From: Xylographa opegraphella
Taxonomy: Eukaryota
DNA: 64,000 nt
Assembly (NCBI GenBank): GCA_022813865.1
Contig: JALDZX010000047.1
Location: 62,001 to 126,000 of the forward strand
Direction of reading: 5' to 3'
A program made the position numbers and the translations under genes. The notes under the pieces are model-generated. The model made no database searches. It saw only the letters and a list, made by a program, of their open reading frames with translations, and was not told the DNA's origin. Positions 1-11,616 of this stretch are shown here, in pieces (the stretch's first letter is position 1; each line of letters starts with the position of its first letter).

Positions 1-68
1 CGTTCCCACAGCACCTCTATTATTGTCAGTTTAGAGCACCACAAGCACCGATAAGCTTGGCCCGAACA

Positions 69-934
69 TTAGGATATGTATATATTGCCAAGTTGGCGTA
101 GATAGCACTGGTAGATCATTGACGGAGGTATAGACGCAATAGAAACTTCGTCGTTAGTTGTCCACGTTGCTCCAGTCCATTTGATATCACGAGGGTCCGA
201 CCAAGGATTTCTGGCTCGTACTTCCTAGCTCCGGGCTGTTCGCGCATGGTGTGGTCTTCGGTGTAACGAGAATCAAAGACTCAAGTGCGAATAGTCACTA
301 ATTACCACATGCATCACAGTAGAAGCATGACTATAGTGTCTTCATGGAAAGCAGAGATGACAGGAAGCCAGTCAATTGTGTTAAATTCAATGTTTATCTC
401 CGTAGAGGGAGACAAATTAAGAGAAGTAGCTTACACAGAAAGAGGTTCCCAGTCGACCAACAAGTTAGCTATTGTCCTCTGCCGACCATGAATGTCAAAC
501 CTGAGCGCAAATCCAAGTGTTCCTGCGCGGCGGCTACTGACACACCCAAACCGTTGTTGGCTCTGCTGCCTTGTTGAGCTCGTCGCGACACCAACAAGAA
601 AGGCATATCTCTGTTGCCAAAGGTTGGAATGTGCGGATCGAGCATTCTCCATCTGCTCCCCTGTAGACCTCCGAGGGTCTATGCGATAATATCCTCGATC
701 ACAGGATAGGTCCAGTATAAATCGGACATACTTCCGTACAGATGTGAAGTCAGATGTCACAAACTGCTCACGAACACCCGGTGCTGTGCCATCTTGTTCA
801 GCCACAGCGTGCTGGGGCAGCTGCAAGGCAGAAGGAGGTCGGCCGGGAACCAACCATTTCTGGGCATTGCGGTTTCTCCCCGTGGTGGGAGTTTCAGCTA
901 TGTTTAGTCGCACGCGCTCCAACTCATCTGGCAC
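69..934 (-). pseudogene. Possible degenerate or poorly resolved gene with weak ADP-ribosyltransferase-like motif order
   Basis: ORF 431..934 contains YYRIDPR, AHSNLW and FGCVSSR and ends at a GTAAGC donor. A separate open segment at 69..224 reads EVRARNPWS...NDEVSIASIPPSMIY. I could not build a clean full model. Confidence 0.2.
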
Positions 935-1606
935 AAAAGCTTCTGTTATATTTCCGTGGTGGTGCAGAATTGATTAGAAATAACGACGCGTAACTCTCCA
1001 GCAGTATTGTATCTCATTACAGATCAGGTACTCCGTCTGCGAATATACCTTACGTACCGATGAATTTGCGGTAAACTAACGCATAATTTATATAACTGGA
1101 TGAATGCACAGGATAAAAATGACGTCGAACATATCTCCAGCCTCGGGCCGTGTGGCGCTGCAGAGCGGTGCATTTCGGCAGGGGGCAGGTACGGGGACGG
1201 AAGCTGATTGGTTCTTTCTCGAATTGGCGTACGTCAGCCACCTTCTCCCATGTGGCCCCCTTTGTTCCTGCAACAGGTCGAACCTCCCCAGCTAGGATTT
1301 CATGGCCACCCGTTCTGATTCGTGCAAAGCACGTCCTTTTGTCCCCAGTGTTGTGCTATGCTCGTTAGCGTCACGCTTGAGGAGTCCGCGTCAGCCTTTT
1401 GCCGGTCGGCCTTGAATCCTCCGTTGTTGGAGTAGTACTTGTTAAATACTCTCCAACACCCTGAATCCTTTGTTTATTATCTTGCTGACTGTTTGCTCGT
1501 CACCCGTTACTGTTTCTTGCATCTCTTTGACATCACATCGACGACCTCGTCAAACTTGTCAAACTCGTCTTCCATTCTCTTGTTCTTGAACTGCACCAGA
1601 TTCGAG

Positions 1607-3160
1607 ATGCGTGGAACTACGCTCGCCGCTTTGACGGCCGGTCTCTTGACCACTGGCTCAACCGCCATCGAGCTCTTCAAGCGTGATGGACCCGCCGCAG
1701 TCATCCCGATGTCAATACAACGAAAGTCCGTGGAGTGGGTAGGAAGCAGATACGAGTTCGACCAGCTGCGCAAACGACAGAAGACTGTTACGGAGACGCT
1801 TGACAACTTCGAGGTTGGTGCTCCAGACTTTCTATTTCCTCTGGAACCGCAAGCTAACAGTCCTCAGCAAGGGAGTTTATATTTCGCGAACGTGACCATT
1901 GGGACACCACCACAAAACTTCCGCTTCCACATCGATACCGGCAGCAGTGATCTATGGACAAACGCGGCATCATCACCTCTTTGCCAACAGGGAAACAACG
2001 TTGCTAATGGCGACATTCCATGTTCAGTTTCCGGGACATACAACGCAAACAAATCGTCGACTTATAAATATATTGATAGTGACTTTCAGATTATGTATGC
2101 AGACACTACTGGCGCGGCTGGCGACTATGTCGAGGATACTCTTCACATTGGTGGCAAGGACGTGACCGGCTTGCAATTCGGCGTTGGCTACAATTCAAAC
2201 TCCTCTGAAGGTGTCATGGGAATCGGATATCCTTCGCTCGAGGCGCAGGTGCAAAATAGTGGCCAGAAGAGCTACCCTAACATCCCCCAAGTGATGACAA
2301 GTCAGGGTCTGATATCATCCCCTGCTTATAGCTTGTGGTTGGATGATCTGGAATCGGCAACCGGGTCTATTCTTTTTGGTGGAGTGGATACTGCCAAGTT
2401 CACAGGAAGCCTTCAAACGCTCCCAATCATCGCAGAACAGGGCCAATATGTCGAGATGATTGTTGCCCTGAGTGGCATCAACCTCATTGCGAACAACACA
2501 AACACCACCGTATCTCAATCGACAACAGCTGTACTCCTCGACTCCGGTAGCACACTCTCCTATCTTCCAGTGGATGTCTCGAGCGCCATCTACGATGCTC
2601 TAGGCGTCGTGTTTGACGAACAACAAGACCAGCCGTTCTGCAAGTGCTCTCTTGCAAATACCACTGATACTATTGAGTTCGTGTTTTCCGGGCAAGTCAT
2701 CTCTGTTCCCATCGGCGAGATGGTCCTGCAAGGTGGGGGAGGCGTGCAGACCAAAAGTGGAGACATCCTGGATTGTGCATTCGGTATCGTCGCACAGCCG
2801 CCCCAAAGCGGCCCCGGAACTGCCTACACTCTCGGAGACACTTTCATTCGAAGCGCCTACGTCGTGTACGACCTCGCTAACAACCAAATCTCGCTCGCGC
2901 AGACCGATTTCGGCGCCACAGAGTCCAACGTCTTGGAAATCGGTACGGGCAAAAATTCTGTGCCAAGTGCTTCAGGAGTAGGCAATCCTGCCTCTGCTAC
3001 TGTCACTGGCACCGCTGTTATCGGTGGTGTTACCGGCACCAGTACCGCCACTGGGTCCAGTGTCAACGGCACCCCATCGTCGGCAGCCGAGCCTGTTTCC
3101 CAGGCTCATCTGGGAGCCTGGGCTGGTGTTGCAGCCGCCGGATTATTTTTCGCCTTGTGA
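1607..3160 (+). CDS. GPI-anchored aspartic endopeptidase (yapsin/OpsB-like, peptidase A1)
   Basis: Signal peptide MRGTTLAALTAGLL; KR pro-sites; catalytic IDTGSSDLW and LLDSGSTLSY; LGDTFIRSAYVVYDL; Ser/Thr tail and hydrophobic C-terminus. In-frame 54-nt intron 1814..1867 (GT...GCTAAC...CAG). Confidence 0.93.
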   Translation: MRGTTLAALTAGLLTTGSTAIELFKRDGPAAVIPMSIQRKSVEWVGSRYEFDQLRKRQKTVTETLDNFEVGAPDFLFPLEPQANSPQQGSLYFANVTIGTPPQNFRFHIDTGSSDLWTNAASSPLCQQGNNVANGDIPCSVSGTYNANKSSTYKYIDSDFQIMYADTTGAAGDYVEDTLHIGGKDVTGLQFGVGYNSNSSEGVMGIGYPSLEAQVQNSGQKSYPNIPQVMTSQGLISSPAYSLWLDDLESATGSILFGGVDTAKFTGSLQTLPIIAEQGQYVEMIVALSGINLIANNTNTTVSQSTTAVLLDSGSTLSYLPVDVSSAIYDALGVVFDEQQDQPFCKCSLANTTDTIEFVFSGQVISVPIGEMVLQGGGGVQTKSGDILDCAFGIVAQPPQSGPGTAYTLGDTFIRSAYVVYDLANNQISLAQTDFGATESNVLEIGTGKNSVPSASGVGNPASATVTGTAVIGGVTGTSTATGSSVNGTPSSAAEPVSQAHLGAWAGVAAAGLFFAL

Positions 3161-3633
3161 GGAATATTCTTCGACCAGCGTGTAATTAGTTACGACAAGA
3201 AGCATTGCATTGGCGCGGCGGGATTAGCATATTATTTGGGTAGACGGCTTTGGATCCGTCAAAGCATTGCGAGTGGAGACTTGGTGCTTGATCAGCTTGA
3301 CAAGCCAGCGTGCGGTGGATGAGCTTCCTTGTACATAGCTGGCATAATGTTTTGTTTGTCAAGCATACCATTTGCAGGCCGTCCTCCTTTCTAAGATTAA
3401 CGCACCAAAACGGCCTAGGCTATCGCGGTTGTGTCCGAATAAGTCTTGGCATGACCCGGGATCGAATGGCGTCAGCGCCTCTCCCCACTTGGCTTTCGGG
3501 CGAAGAGGTTTGCAAGCCCTAGGTAACCATCTGCGTTGTTCAAAAACTATCAACACCCTCCAACTTACCTTACCCATCCTCTCAACCAGGCACCCTAAAT
3601 CCTCCCAGCACCCACTTACCACCACCACCAAAA

Positions 3634-4287
3634 ATGAAAGCCTACTACTACGACGACATCCCCGTACGCACCCCTCCTCCCCCTCCTCCTCCCTCCCAAT
3701 CACTAACCTCCCCCCTCAACCTCCAGGGCGATCCCCGCCTCCCCCACCACTCCACCACCTCCCCGCCCATCCCCGCCTCACACCTCACCCTCCTCGGCCT
3801 CCACCACCAACACATCCCCCTCCCGCTCCCCTCCCCCTCCACCCCCGCCCCCACCGCCCCGGCCCTCGACGCCCTCGCCACCGCGCGCGGCTACCAGCAC
3901 CGCGACACCATCACCATCTCCCCCCACACCCTCGGCGCCGCCTACGACGCCAAGATCGCCGCCTTCTTCGCCGAGCACATGCACGAGGACGAGGAGATCC
4001 GCTACGTGCTCGACGGCGCCGGCTACTTCGACGTCCGCGAGGTCGGCGACGAGCGCTGGATCAGGCTGCGCCTTGAGAGGGGCGATCTCCTGGTGCTGCC
4101 GGCGGGGATATATCATCGCTTTACGACTGATGAGGGGGATTTTGTGCATGCCATGAGGTTGTTTCGTGAGGGGCCGAGCTGGACGCCGGTGGGGAGGGGG
4201 GGGGAGGCGGAGAGGAGTGTGTGGCGGAGGGGGTATGTGAGGGAGAGGGAGAGGATGGTGAGGGAGGCGGGGGGGGTGGTGGTTTGA
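3634..4287 (+). CDS. ADI1: Acireductone dioxygenase (methionine salvage)
   Basis: Cupin motifs FFAEHMHEDEEIRY, GYFDVR, WIR and LPAGIYHRFT. 63-nt intron 3664..3726 (GTACGC...CTAAC...CAG). Confidence 0.93.
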   Translation: MKAYYYDDIPVRTPPPPPPPSQSLTSPLNLQGDPRLPHHSTTSPPIPASHLTLLGLHHQHIPLPLPSPSTPAPTAPALDALATARGYQHRDTITISPHTLGAAYDAKIAAFFAEHMHEDEEIRYVLDGAGYFDVREVGDERWIRLRLERGDLLVLPAGIYHRFTTDEGDFVHAMRLFREGPSWTPVGRGGEAERSVWRRGYVRERERMVREAGGVVV

Positions 4288-4895
4288 GAGATGGGAGGGG
4301 GGGAGGGAGAAGGGATGAGGGGGATGGGGTGATGGATTGACTGGCTCTGTTATTGTGTGGCGAGGCAGAATATAGCTTTGTGGTATGATTGTGGTGGATG
4401 GCACCAATACGACTCGGGTCTTACAATCGTTGGGATCTATGGTTCACGGCCAGAAATATCACCTCGCTGTGTTCGGCTACCTTGGCTGAAGGACCCGTCT
4501 TACATTGTGCCCTATGTAGTAGTCTGGCAGCCCACTGGGCACTGTATTTGCTTTGTTCTTGCTCCACGTTGTGGCCTCTGACTTCCCAATAATTCCATCT
4601 TGACCAGTATAGGAATGACGATCATCCTTCACAAGACTCTGGCATGGCTCTCCTGCTACTGCACGCAAGAACAGTAGCTCCTGAGCGCAGACCAATCCCC
4701 TCAACAGTCTGCGTACATATTCATCAGCCGAGACAGCGTCTACATGCAGAAGCTTGCCATCCACACAAGGTAGTACTCCGCAAGAATCCTAAACGCCGAC
4801 GCGATGCAGCAGTATACTCGCTCGTGCGTCGCGTACCAGTTCGCATAACATGCAACTCCTCGTTCACTGATCCCCGGTCCCGTTGGAAGAGAATA

Positions 4896-6322
4896 TCACG
4901 GCACCTTGAACAGCTCCGGCTTCATATTAACCTTACAGAGTTTAGCCAGACAGCCTCCCAACTGCCCCAAGCCACCGACGCCCTCGAGAATCCTCATATG
5001 GCAGAACCCGATTTCTCTGATGAACTCCAGCCTCGAATGCTCGCTCACGCCGGGGATGCTCTTCGTCACCCGAAACATCGTGCTGATGATATCGTGACTG
5101 CTGTATCCCAGTCCCCACAGCTCCTGCAATATCTCCAGAGCGGCCTCCACTTTGGTCTCCCAGCACGCTTTGATCATCGCTTGTACCTTGATCGGATGAG
5201 GCGAATCCACCACCTTGAACACGTTGTCCCCGCTCACGAAGCCGAAGCCGGCGAATGTGGATTGCAGGTTGTTGATGGCCTGCCGCATGTCCCCCTCGGC
5301 GGAGAACACTAGGGCGGCTAAGCCGTCGTCGGAATGTTGAACATGTTCCGCGGCGCAGATGGAGAGGAGACGGGAGAGGAGTTGCGCATCTGTCAGTCGA
5401 GCGTAGCGCAGAATCGCGCAGCGGGATTGGAGAGGTTCGATGATTTTGTTGGATTGATTGCAGGCGAAAGCGAAGCGGGTGGTGGAGGAGTGGATTTCCA
5501 TGGTACGGCGAAGAGCTTGTTGGGCGCCAGAGGTCATGCTGGACGATGTTAGGCTGAGACTTGGATGTATGGCTAAAATCGGTGGGGAGAGAGCAGGCGG
5601 AAGGGAAGTCGAAGTGTATTTGAAAGGGTAATACCTATCTGCTTCGTCCAGAATAACGAGTTTGTGCCGCCCAGGAGGTAAAGTAACCTTCTTTTGCGCG
5701 AATCCTTTTATTCGATTCCGCACAACGTCAATTCCTATAGCAATTTGATCAGCGCTTAGATAGGCATGGATTCTGCTTCTGTAAATCCCACTCATGTTGC
5801 CCATCGGATATGTAATGACCAATTGAGACGTTGCCGAGCGATACAATTGCGTGAAACAATCTTCCAGGATATCTGCTCACCTCTCTCGTCACTGGCATTC
5901 AATTCCAGCACAGCTTCCTTATACGCTGAGCCAAGCATCTGTCTAGCCAAGCATAATATACTCGTTGTCTTCCCAATCCCTGGCATGCCAGAGATGATCA
6001 CATGGGGCATATTTCCATCCTTGGCAATTATCTTCAGGCGCTCGATCGTTTCCGTATTACCAACGACATCGTCGAGGTAGACCGGGCGGTATTTCTCCAC
6101 CCTGCATTTATTAGTATGATTCTGTGGCAAGAGCTAGCATGCTCGAAAATATAGAAAAATCTGTTAGAGAATGGCATAATGAACAAGATGTATTGGGGGT
6201 ACAGGGTTGCATAAAAGTTGGGGACAGCCATACCAGGGAAGTTCATAAATCGTGCCAGCGCCATTGGTATTGGCTTTGATTCCATTCCCAGCGGCAGAAG
6301 AGGAAGATTCGCCTTGAGCCAT
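4896..6322 (-). CDS. RFC4: Replication factor C small subunit (yeast Rfc4 type)
   Basis: [26 protein letters not shown] (Walker A), [21 protein letters not shown]. Exons about 6322-6234, 6101-5881, 5734-5635 and 5538-4896, with GT-AG introns. Confidence 0.95.
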
Positions 6323-6368
6323 GACGATGGGCACCGCTCAGAGTGTGTTCCTCGAGAACGACTCAAAG

Positions 6369-6388
6369 ACGCGGAGCACTTTACGCGT
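6369..6388. promoter_or_regulatory. MCB-like elements (ACGCGG, ACGCGT) upstream of RFC4
   Basis: ACGCGT at 6383-6388 and an ACGCG core at 6369, about 50-65 nt upstream of the RFC4 ATG. Confidence 0.5.
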
Positions 6389-7009
6389 AAAACCAATACG
6401 GAATAGCGCTCAAAAGGTCGTGATCACTTGGCGGGTATCAGGCCCTTTTTGGCAAGTCTTGCAATTGCTTCATAAGCTCAAGATTTCTGTGTAGAGAAGG
6501 CTTCAAGAAAAATTCAAGTATAGAAGATTCAATTGCCTGTCTGATATTCTGCATAAAGTGTACAACTATTCAGCTTTATCATGCCAAAGGTCAACTTCAA
6601 TGCCCAATCCGAAGGAAGCGGATTCTGTGCTAAGCGATAGGCGAGGGCTCGATCTGTAACAGGGAAGATGTCACCACTGCAATGGAATTGGTCATTAATA
6701 TGAGTTTATTCATAGCAATTTGTGTAGTGCTTCAGCGCTTGCGGTCATCAGCTATAATCGTGTTCGTCTCCTGCACACTTTGTTTCGGAGAATCCAAGGG
6801 CAAAATCAGCATCAAAATATGTACCATCGCCACCATTGCTTTTATCGATACGTAAAACCTTTGCAATTTCCGTGTCTCCCAACTCCCGCACCGAGCTCAT
6901 TCGCCAGTGCTTCACACGTGTCATCGGAAGACTACCATTCCCCGTCATCAGTATCGCTCAACTGACGATTGATTTGCCAACTACTGCCTCCTTTCCCCCG
7001 CATATTCCA

Positions 7010-7920
7010 CTAGGTACCCTTCGCAAACCACTTATTGAACCAGTCAATCGCTTGGACCTCAGCTTGCCTGCCATGCTCGATGGCTTTCTCCTCGTACGGG
7101 TTTCCCCTGACCGCAAAGCCGTGTGTTGCGCCTGGGATTATAACGACCTCGTGCTTTGCCCCTTCATCCGCGTTCTTCTTCTCCAGTATCTCTTTCATCT
7201 GATTCACTTGCGCCACCGGCATCACAAAGTCAACATCACCTATAGACACACTACACGGTAACTTCACCCCTTCGGCATCCGCGGGGATGACCAGGTTGCT
7301 CGGATGCGCCGTGAAGCCGCATTCAATCAGACTTTTACCGTCCGCCGTTTTTTCCGCGTCGTGGCAGAGAAGGAAGACGTATTTCCCGCCCCAGCAGAAG
7401 CCGGCGGCGCCGACGGGGAGAGAAGTGCCTTCGTGAGCACGAAGTGCATGCGTCCATTTGGTAATCGTGGGCCATGCTACCGATTGTCGGTTTTTAATCA
7501 GGAAGGGAATGAATTGAACCACAACCTGGAAGAAAGCGGGACTCGGTTCAACAGTTAGCATGGCTTAGATCGGTATTACAGAGTGGATATAGATACTCAC
7601 ACTTTCATCATGGTATTTGTCCATGTGCTTTTGGTAAGAAGGGTGTCCATCGCCGGAAATAACTCCTGCCCCAAGGCCGATCCATTCATAAAGTCTGGTA
7701 GGTAGACGCGGGAGTTGGTGCCTTTGGCATACTTGTCTGCCAGTAACCGGTTGTTGACGAAGTCCCAGCCAACTGCATCCGGGATGAATATGATGATTCC
7801 CTTCGGCGCCTGGCCGGACGGCGGTTCGGTGATGTAGGTGGGGAGACCATGAATGGTCTCAACTCGACCGGTGGGTGTTCCTTCGTGTAAGGACCCCGTG
7901 ATGCATTCTCGGCACGCCAT
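7010..7920 (-). CDS. Dienelactone hydrolase family alpha/beta hydrolase
   Basis: MACRECITGSLHEGTPTG N-terminus, nucleophile motif GFCWGG, TAHPS and GATHGFAVRG. One intron begins near 7600 (GTGAGT) and joins ORFs 7597..7920 and 7010..7561. Confidence 0.9.
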
Positions 7921-8236
7921 CGAGGAAGTGATTGAGTTGAAGATTCGAGTCGCTAGTCAGATTTTTTGGTGCGATTGTATGAACATGTATGCACGAAATG
8001 AACATAGGCAATTCACAGAAGCTCGTACAATTCCTAGGGCCCGTTGAAAACTCTTTTAAAGCACTAGACAGGCATATAAGGTATCTTCGGAAAACGGCAC
8101 GCCGCGCACAATGCCTCATCGTAGTTGTCACTCCAGTAAAATACCCATTCGGTAGAGTACTTAACTAGTTTGGCTATTTATTACGACCACCCATAGTAAT
8201 TTATTGCTACAAAACGCTCTCTCTCGATCACTCCTC

Positions 8237-8872
8237 TTAGCACTGCCCTCCTCCAGTACTTACTGCGTTGTGAACCGCCTCCATAACGCCCGCACATGCC
8301 TTCTTCGTCATATCCGCCGTGATGGAATTGGTGATAGCAATGGCAGCTGCACCTCCAGCGCCCCCGCCTGCGCTCACCGCGCCCATACCTTCCGGGTTCA
8401 CACCGGGGTTGAGCTCCAAAGTCCTCCTGCATGTGTCGAATTTGGATTTGTCGACTCCAAGCGGAGCGACGATGTCGTTGTACGCACACGGCTTGCCGTC
8501 CGCTCCCTTCTTATCTTTGCAGAACTTACACGCTAGTGAGTTGTTACTCACGGACGCGCCGCCTCTCCCTTTAGATTTCGCGCCTCCTCCGCCTCCGCCT
8601 CTCGCTGTCCTCGCTTCAATGATGTAGGGAGAAAGACTTTTGGAGCGTCGTAGAGGGCGAGCGTCTTCGTAACTGTTGATATCGCGCGCAAATGCTCGCC
8701 GGTGCGAAATAACTTCCCGCATCAGTAACATCCGGTCTTCTATGGCACGTGCGGCGAGGCCGTCCGACTCAGCGTTGATGGCGCGCTGAGCATGCTGTAG
8801 CTCGGCAAAGCTGTAGGCAAGAGAATTGGCGACTGCGAGGACGAGAACGAGAGTTGTTTGAATATATAGCAT
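8237..8872 (-). CDS. Small secreted protein with Arg-punctuated propeptide and 6-Cys C-terminal domain
   Basis: Single-exon 211-aa ORF; hydrophobic signal peptide; RR/AR/EAR sites; Gly linker; six Cys in the C-terminal half. Confidence 0.75.
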   Translation of the reverse strand: MLYIQTTLVLVLAVANSLAYSFAELQHAQRAINAESDGLAARAIEDRMLLMREVISHRRAFARDINSYEDARPLRRSKSLSPYIIEARTARGGGGGGAKSKGRGGASVSNNSLACKFCKDKKGADGKPCAYNDIVAPLGVDKSKFDTCRRTLELNPGVNPEGMGAVSAGGGAGGAAAIAITNSITADMTKKACAGVMEAVHNAVSTGGGQC

Positions 8873-10707
8873 AGTGCAAACTGGAGCGATGCAGATAGTG
8901 TTGGGTACGAGTTTGGGAGAAAGTATAAAGCGAAAAATATAGATACCACAAACTCAGTGTACGATAAAACATGCAGCTGAACATGCGGTGAAAGTTGGAA
9001 ACTGCTGTGCATAGCTGGCTGCTATCAGTGCTTCATATATATTGCTGAACCCGCACAACGATGTCATCCAGCTGAGAAGTGTCGATTGTTGCAAGCAAGC
9101 TGAAAGCAGGGCGAGATTTGAGTTGGACAGTCAATTGCACTTACGATAGTCAGCCCAACGAGAGCTGAAGACCTGTTATGGTGAATCCTCACTCAGAAAG
9201 AATTTCGCCGACTGTGCCATGTTGTTTTGCGAGAGTAGATTGAATCGAGGCACAAAGGTTGGGATGAAAATTTTGCCTGTGATTCGTCTCCGGAATTCAA
9301 GCCGATAGCTGGGGAAGTAGAGTAGGAAGAAAAGACACCAGCGTGTTCAAGGCGTACATCTCGCTTCTTTTGTCAAGTAATCTTGATGGTACAAATGTTG
9401 GTGGCACGGTGAGTAGCTTGAGCAAAGACTGCAACCTAATGAAGAGGTTTATGGGTTAGGGAGGATCCCAAAGGTAGACCAACACCCAACGTTGATCCAG
9501 CTCACCGCTCTACAGTACAGTCTGCGGCCGGATGGCACGCTGAAAGCACCGAGCTACCTGCTACGGCCGCCTCTTCGGTCTGCAGATATCTACAATGTTC
9601 ATGAGGGAGAGGTTGACGCTGAAACTCTCTCTTAGCCAGTATCCTCCAGGATCACGCTAATTCGCACACAGAGGTGAAGAGGCATGTTCGTCGCTGCACG
9701 TCTCCTGTTCTGAGAACTACAAGAGTGTATTCGCGGAGCTGGCTCTGATGCTGTTGCTCGCTAAATGCCCACTGTACTTCAATTCTATCAACATAAGGTG
9801 TATTTGGAAGTTCTGCCACTCGGCTTCACGTACTAAGTTCTGGTTCAGGCTTTGCTGACGTATTATTGCTAAGGCTTCCACTTATAATCCAAAAGAATTA
9901 GCACGGAACTCACCGACCATACTACTTCAGAAGCTTCGTGACCTATTACAATTCTTGTTAATATGTAGCAATATGCAAAAGCCCATCGGAGCCGTGAGTG
10001 TACGCTCCTCTGCCTCCGTGCCTCATGTCACCAAACCCCCGTGCACAATTGCGTCCTCTTTATGCCCTTTTCACGCGTAACACTCAATAAGGCAGGGTTC
10101 TCGAGGAAAAGCAACCAAGATGTGACTATCGAGACGGTTGTCGCGTATTATCCTGAAGGCCCCTGCGAAGCTAGAAAAAAGCCACGTGAAGATACTCCAC
10201 TGATGCGCAACAACGTCTATTTTCCGGACATACTGACAACGCGTTGTGTCGGGACGCTGCAAGTACGATGATTGGGACTGGATGAGGACCGGAGCAATGC
10301 CCACCAGATGTCAAAAGCGTTTTCGTGACGGTGTCTCAAATTTAGGTGCACGGGGCTGCGCGAATGAACATTTTCCTGATTACTGAATGCCACCTTGCAC
10401 CTATGTGATGTGTTCACAATATAACCCAGTTAATTAATCCTGTCGGTATTACTGTCAGCCATATTCCCGCTTGGTATTGCGTGTCTTGGATTCAGAAAGA
10501 CCCTCAAGACGATGAACTACCGCTTTTTGTTTCATAAGCTGGCTTACATTGAGAATCGTTGAGACACCCTTGACTTCTGTGATTGCACCGTCCAAGTCAC
10601 GCTCTGCCTCGAGCATTTTCTTCATATAGTTGAGCAATATATCCTGTGTTTCTGCCTGCCTACCTATATCAGTCCACAACATCGCCGACTCAGCGTTTCT
10701 TTCGCAT

Positions 10708-11616
10708 ATGGCTATGAAGCTCCTACCATGTCTTTGCTTCTTGTTTCTAAGCATCTCAGCTTCCCCTTCTGCACTGAGGGTCGGAAATGCTTCCTATGAC
10801 CATGAGCAGCAACATTCGTTTCCGTTGAGAGTACGCATGCCACCAAGCGAAACAGATGCAGCATACCACGAGTACCTGGCTAGGGGACGGCTACTGTGGC
10901 AGAAATTATCGAGGGAGCTCATTACAGATTCTCCTGACGCGCCCATGGATTCCGAGCGGATATTCGAGACATGGGAACTCAACTCTACGCCGTTCCGTCC
11001 TCCACCAGCCAAACTGATCGGACCGCTACGAAGCCTTCATTTGCCGTTCGGTAATGATTATACGAGGGTTAAGGCAAGAACTCCCAAAGCGATGCCGTAC
11101 ACCACCATTACAAACTTCCAAAGCCTCTACAACGTTGAGAACGGAGTCATCATCACAGAAGAGATGTTCAGAAAGGAAGAAGGTATAAACGCTGTCAGAG
11201 ACCAGGCCTTGCTCGGCAAACAACACTGGTCGCAAGTCACAGTCGAATGCTGGAGGCGACTATGCCGTGCCGTAGCGTCACTCCCAGGTATTACTATTGC
11301 TCCGGCATCTGAGTTATTCACCAACCTCCGCTACATTTTCATGGTGATGATAACATCCGACAAGACCGAAGCCGTCATCAACGAGAGGCTGATGTTACAC
11401 CAACCAAGCTACAATGGACCCCCAACGACATTCCTGCCCAATAATATCGCGTTTTATGTTCTGCTGGGATCTCCGAACGGGCAGGGTGTCGCATACATGC
11501 TTGCGCAGAACAAGAACGCCTTCAAACGCAAGACCATCAAAAGCGTCACTCTGCAGAGCATCACACCCGCAGACTATCCAGGCATATGGTGGCACCTGTG
11601 GTGGGAGATCGGATGA
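10708..11616 (+). CDS. Uncharacterised secreted fungal protein (LLGSPNGxGVAYML family)
   Basis: Uninterrupted ORF with signal peptide MAMKLLPCLCFLFLSISA. The C-terminal FYVLLGSPNGQGVAYMLAQNK...KTIKSV resembles a motif I recall from fungal hypothetical proteins. Confidence 0.72.
   Translation: MAMKLLPCLCFLFLSISASPSALRVGNASYDHEQQHSFPLRVRMPPSETDAAYHEYLARGRLLWQKLSRELITDSPDAPMDSERIFETWELNSTPFRPPPAKLIGPLRSLHLPFGNDYTRVKARTPKAMPYTTITNFQSLYNVENGVIITEEMFRKEEGINAVRDQALLGKQHWSQVTVECWRRLCRAVASLPGITIAPASELFTNLRYIFMVMITSDKTEAVINERLMLHQPSYNGPPTTFLPNNIAFYVLLGSPNGQGVAYMLAQNKNAFKRKTIKSVTLQSITPADYPGIWWHLWWEIG

Noticed and set aside
3372..4407. Long overlapping or antisense ORFs over ADI1 (likewise over RCE1, the 48.4-kb gene and HUS1)
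   Set aside because: Shadow ORFs caused by high GC and codon bias.
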